Assembly: GCA_021298595.1 (NCBI GenBank)
Contig: JAJTHL010000003.1
Span: 67,001-131,000 of the forward strand
DNA length: 64,000 nt
Source: Alphaproteobacteria bacterium
GTDB taxonomy: Bacteria; Pseudomonadota; Alphaproteobacteria; Caedimonadales; UBA1908
Direction of reading: 5' to 3'
Positions 40,659-51,069 of this stretch are shown one piece after another. Numbering within the stretch: position 1 is the first letter of the stretch; every line of letters starts with the position of its first letter. Position numbers and translations under genes: made by a program. Under the pieces are notes generated by a model. It had not been told where the DNA came from and searched no databases. It saw nothing but the letters and a program-made list of their open reading frames with translations.

Positions 40659-41324
40659 ATGATAAATGGCCCCTCTTTGCGCCCTACCCAAGGACGTGTG
40701 GAACACCTTGTTGTCTTGCTTCATGGGTATGGCACCAACGGCGAAGATTTGCTTTCCTTGGGTCACTCCTGGCGCAAATATTTGCCACAGGCAGAATTTA
40801 TTGCGCCTCATGCCCCCTTTGCCTGCGAAAACTCGCCTTTTTTTGGGCGTCAATGGTTTGACATCTCCCATTGGACGCCTGAGTCCTTGCTGGCAGGAGC
40901 CAAAGAGTGCGCGCCGTATCTCAACGAATTTTTGGATACCACCCTAAGCGATCGTGGCCTTAGAAGCGAGGACCTCGCCCTTGCAGGTTTTTCCCAAGGC
41001 ACCATGATGGCCCTTCACTGTGCCCTTAGTAGGCCAGCCCCTTGCGCGGGCGTGCTTGGATACTCAGGCGCGCTACTCATTGAGGATGCACAGGTCAAAA
41101 GCAAACCCCCTGTGCTTCTTATTCACGGAGAAGAAGATCATGTGGTTGATTTTTACGAAATGGAGCGCGCATCAAATCTTTTACATTCTTGGAAAGTACC
41201 CGTTGAAACACGGGCACGGCCGGGGATGGGGCACGGCATTGATGAAGAAAGTGTCAGCTTAGGGGGGCACTTCTTGCAACAAGCCCTGCAGCACAAACGT
41301 CAACGATCTGCGGCCTTACGGTAA
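40659..41324 (+). CDS. Phospholipase/carboxylesterase-family alpha/beta hydrolase
   Basis: LVVLLHGYGTNGEDL, nucleophile elbow GFSQGTMMAL, IHGEEDHVV, and a GMGHGI catalytic His. Confidence 0.85.
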   Translation: MINGPSLRPTQGRVEHLVVLLHGYGTNGEDLLSLGHSWRKYLPQAEFIAPHAPFACENSPFFGRQWFDISHWTPESLLAGAKECAPYLNEFLDTTLSDRGLRSEDLALAGFSQGTMMALHCALSRPAPCAGVLGYSGALLIEDAQVKSKPPVLLIHGEEDHVVDFYEMERASNLLHSWKVPVETRARPGMGHGIDEESVSLGGHFLQQALQHKRQRSAALR

Positions 41325-42314
<990 letters not shown>

Positions 42315-42324
42315 ACTATGTGCA

Positions 42325-42350
42325 AGTGCGGCCGCCCTGCAGGCCGCACT
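42325..42350 (+). terminator. GC-rich hairpin downstream of mdh (possible terminator, no U-tract)
   Basis: AGTGCGGCC-8 nt loop-GGCCGCACT, a 9-bp perfect stem starting 11 nt after the mdh stop. It is followed by GGACACG rather than a T-run. Confidence 0.4.
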
Positions 42351-42494
42351 GGACACGATTCCTCAGACAAAACCCTTCACAGCAACCCTTTAAGCGCTTT
42401 CTTCATATTTTTCTAAAAATGTAACTGCTTTGGGGTGACAAGCCGCCTCAAGCTCGCTACAATGAAAGCTTGAGAGATAAAATGGATCTTATGC

Positions 42495-43850
42495 ATGCGG
42501 TATTTACAGGCTTTAATTTGGGCGTTTGTGATAACTTTTTCCTTAAGTGCCTCCAGTGTTTTTGGGGCAAAAGCTCCTAAAAACAAATATGCAGCCGTCG
42601 TTATTGATGCCAAAACAGGGACCATTTTCCATCGAGAATCCTCAGATGTTTCACGTTATCCCGCATCCACCACAAAGATCATGACCCTTTACTTACTGTT
42701 CGAGGCTCTGGAAAATAAAAAACTAACCCTACGTACAAAGCTACCCGTGTCCGCACGTGCCGCCAAGCAGCCTCCTTGCAAATTAGGCCTCAAGGCTGGC
42801 ACTATGATTACTGTTAAGGACGCCCTTCTTGGCATTATTACAAAGTCTGCCAATGATGCCTCTGTGGCTGTGGCTGAATATCTGGCAGGCAGTGAAGACC
42901 GATTTGCCCTGCTCATGACGCAAAAAGCGCGTTCCTTTGGCATGAAGAGTACAACTTTCAAGAATTCTCACGGTCTTCATGACGCGGCACAAGTGACCAC
43001 CGCCCATGACCTTGCTCGTCTTGGGCAGCAAATCTATAAGCGTTTTCCCAAATATTACACCTACTTTAGGACTCAAGCATTTTGGTATAATGGGCAACGC
43101 CATAACAACCACAACAAGCTTCTTGCAAAAGTCCCCGGTGTGGATGGCATTAAAACAGGCTTTACTAATCCTGCGGGTTTTAACCTTGTCGCCTCCGCTC
43201 AAAGAGGAGACAGACGCATCATTGCTGTTGTCCTGGGTGGTGACACGGGTGCTTCCAGAGACCGCCGGATTACCCACTTGATGGAAGCCGCTTTTAAGGG
43301 TCAGAAAACGGACCGTCAGTTGGTAAAAGAGGAGGGGTTGACAGCCCCCCTTCGTCACGCGTCCTTTGAAAAGAAGTCAACCAAGGATCTTTGCCGGGAC
43401 GCGCTTGCTGATGGGCAAGATCCCATTGGAGATACCATTCGGTCCGTTTGCTTGAAAGAAAACGACTCACCTGCTCTTGCTCAAAAACAAATCAAAAAAA
43501 CCGAATCACATCCTGATTTTATTGGCGCCAAGATCAGAGCTGTTTCGGCGACAACATCAGACCGTCCGGTACGCAAATGGTCCATCCAAGTTGGCGCCTA
43601 TGCCAAAGCCCAAGACGCTCAGGCTGCAGCCAAGACTCAGTTGCTTGCTATTAAGAGTATTGCCAAGGCTAAAGTGTCTGTATCGGCCTCCAACAAGAAA
43701 AGAAAACGCCTCTACCAAGCAAAGCTGACGGGTCTTACTGAACAAGAAGCCCTAGCCGCCTGTAAGGCACTGGCGAAAAAAGGACAACAGTGTTTGCTGC
43801 TTCGACCTAGAACGTCCTCCACACTTATTTCCGCAGAAAATACGAGATAA
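42495..43850 (+). CDS. D-alanyl-D-alanine carboxypeptidase (PBP5/6, S11 family) with C-terminal SPOR domain
   Basis: SxxK (ASTTKIMT), SxN (SANDA) and KTG (KTGFT) motifs. The C-terminal WSIQVGAYAKAQDAQAA...YQAKLTGLTEQEALAACKAL matches a SPOR repeat. Confidence 0.9.
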   Translation: MRYLQALIWAFVITFSLSASSVFGAKAPKNKYAAVVIDAKTGTIFHRESSDVSRYPASTTKIMTLYLLFEALENKKLTLRTKLPVSARAAKQPPCKLGLKAGTMITVKDALLGIITKSANDASVAVAEYLAGSEDRFALLMTQKARSFGMKSTTFKNSHGLHDAAQVTTAHDLARLGQQIYKRFPKYYTYFRTQAFWYNGQRHNNHNKLLAKVPGVDGIKTGFTNPAGFNLVASAQRGDRRIIAVVLGGDTGASRDRRITHLMEAAFKGQKTDRQLVKEEGLTAPLRHASFEKKSTKDLCRDALADGQDPIGDTIRSVCLKENDSPALAQKQIKKTESHPDFIGAKIRAVSATTSDRPVRKWSIQVGAYAKAQDAQAAAKTQLLAIKSIAKAKVSVSASNKKRKRLYQAKLTGLTEQEALAACKALAKKGQQCLLLRPRTSSTLISAENTR

Positions 43851-43872
43851 GACCCGGCATAGAAAGAATTCA

Positions 43873-45228
43873 ATGAAGAAAATTCTCGGAAAAGAAGAGT
43901 GGTGCGCCCTGCCTGCTTTAGGTATTCCGGTCATCAAAATAAAGGCAGACTCAGGGGCGAGAACCTCAGCACTCCACGCCTTTAACGTTCGCTATAGCGA
44001 AGAAGACGGGCAAACCTTTGTGTCCTTTGACGTACACCCCATTCAACGCAACAACAAAATCGTAAGGTCTTGCAAGGCGCCCCTTCTTGATAAACGCATC
44101 GTTAAAAGCTCGAGCGGGGACAAAGAGCGCCGTCCTGTGATTAAAACACTCATCCATTTGGGTGATGAAGAGTGGGAAATTGAGGTCACCCTAACCGACA
44201 GAGACGCCATGGGCTACCGCATGCTTTTGGGGCGTGAAGCCATGGAAAACCGTTTTCTTATAGATCCTGATTCGTCCTTTTGTCTTGGGGTAAAGCTTGA
44301 TAGTGACGTACACGAAAACTATACGCCCCATGCGATGAAAGGAAGGCCCTTACGAATTTTGGTTTTGGCAAGTAATCCCACTCTCTACTCTAACCAAAGG
44401 CTGATTGAGGCCGGTGAAAAACGTGGGCACCATGTTCAATTTGTGAATATCAAACACTGTTATGTGAATATTAGCGCTGCAAGCTCGAAGGTCTATTACC
44501 GCGGTGGTGAAGCCCTTGATCATGTGGACGCTGTAATTCCCCGCATCCGTCCGTCCGCAACCTTTTATGGGTGCGCGCTTTTACGCCAATTCCAGCTGAC
44601 AGGTGCATATTGCCTCAATGAAGCAAGCGCCATTGCGCGCGCACGTGACAAGCTGCGAACCCTGCAAAACCTTGCCCTAAACGGCATTCAAATGCCCGTG
44701 ACCGCCATGGCAGGCTCTCCCCTTGATACCACCGAAATTATCAAGCTTGTGGGCGGAGTGCCTTTAATTGTGAAACTCCTTGAAGGCGCACAGGGCACAG
44801 GAGTCGTACTCGCTGAAACAAAAAAGGCCGCCGAAAGTGTGATCAACGCCTTTAAAAGCTTGCGCACCAATCTTTTGGTGCAAGAATTTGTGAAAGAAGC
44901 CAACGGCAAAGATCTTCGTTGTTTTGTGATAGACGGCAAGGTTGTCGGCGCCATGCAGCGCCAAGCCAAGGACGGTGAGTTCCGCTCGAACCTTCATTTA
45001 GGAGGTGTTGCGAGTTCTGTTAAAATCACCGCTGAAGAACGCCGTATGGCCATCAAAGCCGCCAAAGTTATGGGCCTTAAAGTAGCAGGGGTTGATATTA
45101 TTCGCTCTGACACAGGCCCCAAGGTCCTTGAGGTGAACTCGTCACCTGGCCTTGAGGGGATTGAAACAACGCTTAATAAGGACATTGCGGGACTTTTCTA
45201 CGATTGTATTGAAAAGCATGTTTGGTAA
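43873..45228 (+). CDS. rimK: RimK-type alpha-L-glutamate ligase fused to an N-terminal DUF785 (retropepsin-like / putative zinc protease) domain
   Basis: N-terminal about 140 aa: GKEEWCALPALGIPVIKIKADSGARTSALHA...YRMLLGREAM. C-terminal ATP-grasp: IVKLLEGAQGTGVVL, FRSNLHLGG, AGVDIIRS..GPKVLEVNSSPGLEGIE. Confidence 0.9.
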   Translation: MKKILGKEEWCALPALGIPVIKIKADSGARTSALHAFNVRYSEEDGQTFVSFDVHPIQRNNKIVRSCKAPLLDKRIVKSSSGDKERRPVIKTLIHLGDEEWEIEVTLTDRDAMGYRMLLGREAMENRFLIDPDSSFCLGVKLDSDVHENYTPHAMKGRPLRILVLASNPTLYSNQRLIEAGEKRGHHVQFVNIKHCYVNISAASSKVYYRGGEALDHVDAVIPRIRPSATFYGCALLRQFQLTGAYCLNEASAIARARDKLRTLQNLALNGIQMPVTAMAGSPLDTTEIIKLVGGVPLIVKLLEGAQGTGVVLAETKKAAESVINAFKSLRTNLLVQEFVKEANGKDLRCFVIDGKVVGAMQRQAKDGEFRSNLHLGGVASSVKITAEERRMAIKAAKVMGLKVAGVDIIRSDTGPKVLEVNSSPGLEGIETTLNKDIAGLFYDCIEKHVW

Positions 45229-45331
45229 GACGTTTTTGGGTCACACCCTTGTGCGCCTTGTGAAATTTGTGCTCTCATCTCCTTTGCACACCTTGATCTT
45301 TCTTCCTTTTCCGGGTAAGAGCATAGGTGTC

Positions 45332-45422
45332 GGAGGGATGCCAGAGCGGTTGAATGGGGCGGTCTCGAAAACCGTTGTGCGTTTTTAACGTACCGAGGGT
45401 TCGAATCCCTCTCCCTCCGCCA
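45332..45422 (+). tRNA. tRNA-Ser (anticodon CGA), class II, CCA encoded
   Basis: Folded by hand: acceptor GGAGGGA/TCCCTCC, anticodon stem GCGGT/ACCGT with loop CT-CGA-AA, long variable arm, T-loop GGTTCGAATCC, 3-prime GCCA. 91 nt. Confidence 0.92.
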
Positions 45423-45488
45423 ACACTAAACCCTAGGTCAAATCTCTAAAATCCTTCATAGCGCCGCAAAGAAGTTCATTGGTATTGT

Positions 45489-45875
45489 TTAGGACATCGC
45501 TTGGGAAATTTCTATGAGGTTTTCATCTGGATCTCTGATGTAAACGGATAAAATGGGCCCCTGGGCACCTGTGCGCTCAAGGGGCCCTGCTTCGATGGTA
45601 ATGCTTAAGCTGTTCAAGTGATGGATGACATCAAGGAGGGGCGTATGGGTCAAAAAACATAAATCTGCCGAGCCTGGTGTAGGCACGTATGCTTTGGGTT
45701 CGTATTCTTTTCCCAATTCATGCACATTTATTTTTTGTCGCCCAAAAATCAGGGCCTTTCGGTTACCCTGAAAAGTTATAAGATCCATCCCCAGCACATC
45801 AACGTAAAAGGCACACGTTCGCTCAATGCTCCTTACCGTTAAAACAATATGGTCCAAACGATCAAGTACAATCAT
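45489..45875 (-). CDS. VOC-family (glyoxalase/bleomycin-resistance/dioxygenase fold) protein
   Basis: LDHIVLTVRSIERTCAFYVDVLGM N-terminal beta-alpha-beta-beta-beta motif, and a C-terminal YIRDPDENLIEI. Confidence 0.85.
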   Translation of the reverse strand: MIVLDRLDHIVLTVRSIERTCAFYVDVLGMDLITFQGNRKALIFGRQKINVHELGKEYEPKAYVPTPGSADLCFLTHTPLLDVIHHLNSLSITIEAGPLERTGAQGPILSVYIRDPDENLIEISQAMS

Positions 45876-46233
45876 TGTATGACGAGGTTCTTATTATTTC
45901 ATCTGATTTACTATAATTGAATTTTATAGCAAAACCCTTCGATCATGTAGGGAAAATCTCTTGAGGAAAATTATTTATCACATTTCAAATGCCCTTATTT
46001 CGGAACGACGCCTACATTTATCTTAAACATGAAAATAAACCAGTTATTCTCTACTTGAAGATACCTTTTTTCTTTTTAAGAGTACCAAAGCCTAAACATA
46101 CATCTGGACATCTTAGTCTTCCAAGTAAACCTAATTTGTGAAAAATATCTTTATACTAAGACATTACTTTTAATACATATTTCACTTTTTTCTTTAAATC
46201 TAAGATGATCATAAACTACTAAAAAAGGTAAAA

Positions 46234-46815
46234 ATGCTCTCTTCTCAATCTAAAAACTCCATCACGCTTGCTCTTATTTTAGTGATGACCATGTGGGGGG
46301 GCGCCGTCTCTGTCCTTGCCCACAAAGGTGTTTTTCTAATGTTTCCTATGCCTTGGTTCGCTTTGCTTGTGGCCCTTGGTATTCTCATTCCCACGGCCGT
46401 ATACTTTTTATCCCCTGCCCTCAAGGAATATTCTTTGGAGATTGGTCACCGGCCTATTTTAATTTTTCATGTTTGGCGTGTTCCTGCCGCATTAATGTTC
46501 TTTTGGTATGGCATGAAAGGTGAGCTCCCTCCCATTTTTTGGGTTCTCTCGGGTGTGGGCGACTTTCTAGCCGGTCTCCTTGCCTTCTACACAGCAAACA
46601 AACCGCTCACAACTCAATCCATACGATTTTTTCACCGATTTGGTTTTGCAGACTTTGTGGTGGCTGTCGTCAGTGGCCTTGTACACACCCTTGCCCTCGA
46701 TCCCCGTATGGCAAAGGTTGCTGTTCTTCCCATGGTTCTGATTCCCCTTTTTGGCGTTGGTATCTCAGGAACGACACACTTGATTGCGTTTCATATGCTG
46801 CGAAGCAAGCCTTAA
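46234..46815 (+). CDS. Hypothetical integral membrane protein (about 5-6 TM helices)
   Basis: 193-aa ORF made almost entirely of hydrophobic helices. Preceded by a 358-bp AT-rich spacer and an AAAAAGG SD-like run. No family recognised. Confidence 0.6.
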   Translation: MLSSQSKNSITLALILVMTMWGGAVSVLAHKGVFLMFPMPWFALLVALGILIPTAVYFLSPALKEYSLEIGHRPILIFHVWRVPAALMFFWYGMKGELPPIFWVLSGVGDFLAGLLAFYTANKPLTTQSIRFFHRFGFADFVVAVVSGLVHTLALDPRMAKVAVLPMVLIPLFGVGISGTTHLIAFHMLRSKP

Positions 46816-47145
46816 ACTGCAAAGAGACCCCTTGCTTTGCCCAAAGCGTTTCTTTTGAGGGAGCTCAGGTGACGTTAAGGGTGATAACCTTGGATAAACT
46901 GGCCAGCAAAATGTCAGGTGACGCGCCTATAAAAGTATTTACTTAAAGATAACGCGCTAAATAGGGTTTGATGTTTGGTTCTTACCTGCCCAAAAAATCA
47001 TAGGATTGAGCGGTATAACTCGAAATAACCAAGTCTGATAAGTTCTATTGATGACTCTCATAAGATTAGATCCACCTTGCTCAAAATTCTTTATTTTTAT
47101 ATTATTCGACTCACTTGACACAGAATATTTTGCACAGTGGAGCAT

Positions 47146-47541
47146 ATGATGAAAACCCTTGTTGAATTTAAAGCATCGAAGTTTCCCCCCTACGAGGGCG
47201 AGGAAGAAGAAATTAATCCAGGCATTTGGGGAAAGAGGCTTGCGCAGTACCTGACTAAGCATCTGGCAAAGCATAACATTCATATATCGGAGATCATTGC
47301 GGAGGATTGGGGTTACTATTTGCCGATTCAACACGAGCGAGCAAAAATAGCCCTTTGCTGCGCGAATCAAGGCGGCGAGCGCGAACAATTCGTATGTTTC
47401 ATTGATCCCAGAAAGCCTAAAGTGAGACGTTTTTTTGGTAGGATTGATCTAACACCTGACTATCAAAGTCTTTATGAGGCGCTAAAAAGTGTTCTTGAAA
47501 GTGACCCAGATATTCGCGATCTTGTATGGCAAGACGCTTAA
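47146..47541 (+). CDS. Hypothetical small cytoplasmic protein
   Basis: About 131-aa ORF with balanced, non-repetitive composition (FPPYEGEEEEINPGIWGKRLAQYL...). It ends 37-39 nt before the MFS gene start. No family recognised. The opposite-strand ORF 46957-47388 was judged a shadow. Confidence 0.5.
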   Translation: MMKTLVEFKASKFPPYEGEEEEINPGIWGKRLAQYLTKHLAKHNIHISEIIAEDWGYYLPIQHERAKIALCCANQGGEREQFVCFIDPRKPKVRRFFGRIDLTPDYQSLYEALKSVLESDPDIRDLVWQDA

Positions 47542-47580
47542 GCCTTCGCGCCCTTTCGGACCTCCAAAAGGACTCCTTTG

Positions 47581-48987
47581 ATGCGACCAAAAGCCTTTGC
47601 CGCTTCCTCTACAAAAGGTACCCTTTTCACGCTGTGCATCGGGGTGCTGTTTCCCTCCCTTGGGATCAGCATTGCCAATGTTGCGCTGCCAACCCTTGCC
47701 ACAAGTTTTCAGGCTTCTTTCCATGAAACTCAGTGGGTGATTCTTTCTTATCTTTTGTCCATCACCACCCTCATCGTGGCAGCGGGTCGCCTTGGGGACC
47801 TCGTGGACCCCAGACGCCTTTTCCTGTGCGGCGTCGCGATCTTTGGACTTTCCTCGCTTGCCGGTGGTTTTGCGCCCACCCTCTTTTTCTTGATTATCGC
47901 GGGCCTTGCCCAAGGTATGGGGGCTGCCATTTTGATGAGTCTTAGTGTCGCCCTCATAAGCCGTGTAGTCAGCAAAGAACACACAGGTAGTGCCATGGGT
48001 CTTGTGGGCGCTACTTCTGCCCTTGGCACGGCCCTTGGTCCCTCCCTTGGTGGCGCACTTATTTATCTTTTTGGTTGGCGATCTATCTTCTTTATTTATG
48101 CTCCCTTTTGTTGCCTTCTTTTTTTGATGGCCCTCAAAACCCTCACCCCTCAAAAAAGAATCCCTTTATCACATAAAACCCATTTAGATTATCCTGGGGT
48201 TTTCTTGCTTTCCACATGCCTTGCCTCCTATGCCCTTCTCCTCACTTTTGAAGAAAGGCTTTTTTGCAAGATCAACGTGATTTTTCTCCTCACGTGTCTT
48301 CTCAGTCTAGTGCTTTTTATCCAAAGAGAACAAAAAACGCCTTACCCTTTGATCCCCGTAAGTCTCTTCACCGAGAGAGGGGTTAAGAAACACCTGGGTC
48401 TTAGCGCTTTGACTTCAGGTATTCTCATGACTAACCTTGTGGTAGGCCCCTTCTACCTCACCCATGGTATGGGCCTGAGTACACAGCATGTGGGACTCGT
48501 CATGTCGTTTGGTCCTATGATCGTGGTCGTGACTGGTGTTCACGCAGGACGACTTGTGGATCGATATGGCTTTAACGCCTTAACGCTGTTGGGTCTTTTA
48601 AGCCTGAGCCTTGGATCGTTCCTTGTGGCTCTTATTCCCATGTCCCAAGGTATCCCGGGATATCTCGGGGCCGTGATCCTGATTGCAGGGGGATTTGCAG
48701 TTTTTCAAACGGCCTATAACACCGCACTTTTTAGAAACGTGGCAGATCACCATCGCGGGATGATGTCAGGGCTCTTAAATTTGTCTCGCTATCTCGGTCT
48801 CATAACAGGAACTTGTGTGATGGGGGCCGTCTTTTCCTTTGCCACGGGCACCCCCCATATTGAAAGCGCGCTGGCCCAGGATGTGGCCGTGGGCATGCAC
48901 ACAACCTTCGCCGTCACAAGCACTGTTGGATTCTTCATCACCATCATCTTGTTTTACAAAGGATGGGTGAAGCGACAAGACAAGTGA
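47581..48987 (+). CDS. MFS transporter, 14-TM drug:H+ antiporter (DHA2/EmrB-like)
   Basis: About 14 hydrophobic segments, N-terminal LGISIANVALPTL, motif-A-like GRLGDLVDPRR, and motif C GLAQGMGAAILMS. Confidence 0.88.
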   Translation: MRPKAFAASSTKGTLFTLCIGVLFPSLGISIANVALPTLATSFQASFHETQWVILSYLLSITTLIVAAGRLGDLVDPRRLFLCGVAIFGLSSLAGGFAPTLFFLIIAGLAQGMGAAILMSLSVALISRVVSKEHTGSAMGLVGATSALGTALGPSLGGALIYLFGWRSIFFIYAPFCCLLFLMALKTLTPQKRIPLSHKTHLDYPGVFLLSTCLASYALLLTFEERLFCKINVIFLLTCLLSLVLFIQREQKTPYPLIPVSLFTERGVKKHLGLSALTSGILMTNLVVGPFYLTHGMGLSTQHVGLVMSFGPMIVVVTGVHAGRLVDRYGFNALTLLGLLSLSLGSFLVALIPMSQGIPGYLGAVILIAGGFAVFQTAYNTALFRNVADHHRGMMSGLLNLSRYLGLITGTCVMGAVFSFATGTPHIESALAQDVAVGMHTTFAVTSTVGFFITIILFYKGWVKRQDK

Positions 48988-48996
48988 CGCCTACTT

Positions 48997-50178
48997 TCAG
49001 CATCGCTCGATGGCCATGGCGACCCCTTGTCCCCCTCCAATGCAAAGAGAAATAACACCCTTTTGAAGCCCTTCGCGCGCCATGGCGTGAATAAGCCTTG
49101 TGGTCAAAATCGCGCCCGTGGCGCCAATGGGATGGCCGTGGGCAATGGCCCCGCCCTCGACGTTTACGCGCGCAGCATCAAGACCAAGCTCTTTGATCAC
49201 GGCCAAAGGCACGGCTGCGTACGCTTCATTGATTTCAAAGCGGTCAACGTCTTCCAGGCGCCATCCCGCCCTTTGTAAAACAAGGCGAATGGCAGGGGCT
49301 GGCGCAATGCCAAAAAAGCCAGGTTCAACGGCACTGACAGCGTACGCAAGAACCCGTGCGTTGGGAGAAATACCCTGGTCTTTAGCATTTTTCAAGGTTG
49401 TCACCACCATGGCGGCGGCCCCTGTATTAAGACCTGGAGAATTCCCTGCCGTTAGGCTTCCCTCGGGTCTAAAGGCCGCCTTTAGTTTTTGCAGCGCCTC
49501 AAGGGTTGTGCCGGGACGATTAGACGTATCCGCAGAGATAAGCACCGCTCCTTTTTTCTCTTTAACCTCTATCCCTATGATTTCTTCATGAAAAAGGCCT
49601 GAGGCTTGGGCGCGTGCAAACCGCGCTTGAGAGTTGTACGCCCATAAATCTTGCTCTTCACGCGAGATGTTGTACTTTGTAATGAGATCCTCGGTATGCC
49701 AGCCCGAATGATGGTCAGAAAATGCGTCATGAAGACCGTCTCGCAGCATACTGTCATACATAGACGCGTCACCCATGCGGTACCCCCAGCGCCCGCCGGG
49801 CACAAGATAGGGTGCCATATCCATATTTTCCATGCCGCCTGCAACCGCAAAGGCTGAGGTCCCGAGAGCGATCTCTTGAACGGCGTTAAAAACTGCCTGG
49901 AGCCCAGAGCCGCACACACGGTTCACGGTCATGGCAGGTGTGTGAGGGGAAAGTCCCCCTTGCATGGCGGCTTGACGCACGGGGTTCATCTTGTTCCCCG
50001 CCTGCACAACGTTTCCCATGAAGACAGCGTCCACTTTTTCAGGGTCAAGACCCGCCCGTTTGACGGTTTCCTTGATAACAGCTGCGCCAAGCTCTGTGGC
50101 TGGGATTTGTTTAAATACGCCGCCATATGCCCCAATGGGGGTTCTGGTGGGCGCGACGAGAACAATATCTTTGAACAT
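48997..50178 (-). CDS. Acetyl-CoA C-acetyltransferase (thiolase II)
   Basis: Active-site VNRVCGSGLQAV, NEAYA, GHPIGATG and CIGGGQG motifs. ATG 50178 is preceded by GGGAGG. The track ORF extends to 50220. Confidence 0.95.
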   Translation of the reverse strand: MFKDIVLVAPTRTPIGAYGGVFKQIPATELGAAVIKETVKRAGLDPEKVDAVFMGNVVQAGNKMNPVRQAAMQGGLSPHTPAMTVNRVCGSGLQAVFNAVQEIALGTSAFAVAGGMENMDMAPYLVPGGRWGYRMGDASMYDSMLRDGLHDAFSDHHSGWHTEDLITKYNISREEQDLWAYNSQARFARAQASGLFHEEIIGIEVKEKKGAVLISADTSNRPGTTLEALQKLKAAFRPEGSLTAGNSPGLNTGAAAMVVTTLKNAKDQGISPNARVLAYAVSAVEPGFFGIAPAPAIRLVLQRAGWRLEDVDRFEINEAYAAVPLAVIKELGLDAARVNVEGGAIAHGHPIGATGAILTTRLIHAMAREGLQKGVISLCIGGGQGVAMAIERC

Positions 50179-50678
50179 TTTGTGCCTCCCTTTTTTCTTT
50201 ATTCTAGGCCTAATCAGCACCCCATGACCATGAGAGATGTTCTAAGACTGTTTTTTTCTTAGGCGTACATCCTTGAGATGGTGACCTTAGGTTAAGATCT
50301 TAAAAAAGCTTTTTGCGGCAAAACCGATCACCCTTTGGAGACGTTTAATCCTCAGGAAATGTGACGTACACAGGGACCTATTTACTGTATCCAGGAAAAG
50401 GACATCAGGGCCTTTAGTGTCAACACAAATGACTCATGTCCCAAACAAGGGGCTCGATCTAAAAATAGGCAGCGGTCTCGTAACGAGTCCAGGCCTTGAA
50501 TCGGCGCTTGCGCGCGTATCCTGTGCAAGGTCAACGACATTTTTCCAACTGCTTATACCAAGAATTATGCCCCCTTTATCCAAAATTTTCCACCCTATTG
50601 ATAGCTTACGTGTCACCGATGCCCCTCAAACACCGGATGTCCTTTAAGGCAAAGGCGCCGTCACTCAACTGAGAATTC

Positions 50679-50876
50679 ATGCTTGCCAAATCAAGGCACC
50701 AGGTTCACCCCGAAAGCCAAGGGCACATCCTTGAAAAAATCGCGCACCTCGTTCAAGAAAAGCGTCTTTTTTCAACCCTTAATACAGCGACTAATGCAAC
50801 GATTCAAAATCTAACTTATGCCCATACAATTTTAGAAAAAGGGCAAAGTTACGGAAAAATACTTCTATCTTGGTAA
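50679..50876 (+). pseudogene. Probable C-terminal remnant of a zinc-type/quinone oxidoreductase (MDR family)
   Basis: The 65-aa ORF ends ...LEKIAHLVQEKRLFSTLNTA....NLTYAHTILEKGQSYGKILLSW, resembling the conserved MDR C-terminus (AH..le.g...GKivL). No intact N-terminal Rossmann or catalytic part is found upstream. Confidence 0.4.
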
Positions 50877-51069
50877 AATGATTCAGTATTGCTCCTCTAA
50901 TCAAAAAGAGTCGGAATTATAGAATTAATTTACTTAAAATATCACGAATAAAGACGAACAAATTCAACATGATATTTAAAAATTTTACCTTAAGTGTTAC
51001 TTCCATTTTCTCAATTCAGTCTTTATCAATATCTTGTTAACTTTTTTTCTTTAGAGTTTAAAGAGACGT

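Noticed and set aside
42435-42480. 8-bp hairpin CTCAAGCT-12 nt-AGCTTGAG just upstream of the carboxypeptidase gene, as a riboswitch or attenuator.
   Set aside because: The stem is short and single, with no recognisable riboswitch core. It could equally be chance in a 180-nt spacer.
45423-45488. An integrase or attachment-site repeat immediately after tRNA-Ser, marking a classical genomic island.
   Set aside because: No integrase-like ORF and no visible duplicate of the tRNA 3-prime end were found by eye. Only a softer statement about a plasticity zone is reported.
50417-50647. 76-aa ORF as the N-terminal or middle part of the decayed dehydrogenase.
   Set aside because: I could not align it to any MDR motif (no GxGxxG, no zinc ligand pattern). 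It is left unannotated, and only the C-terminal remnant is called.
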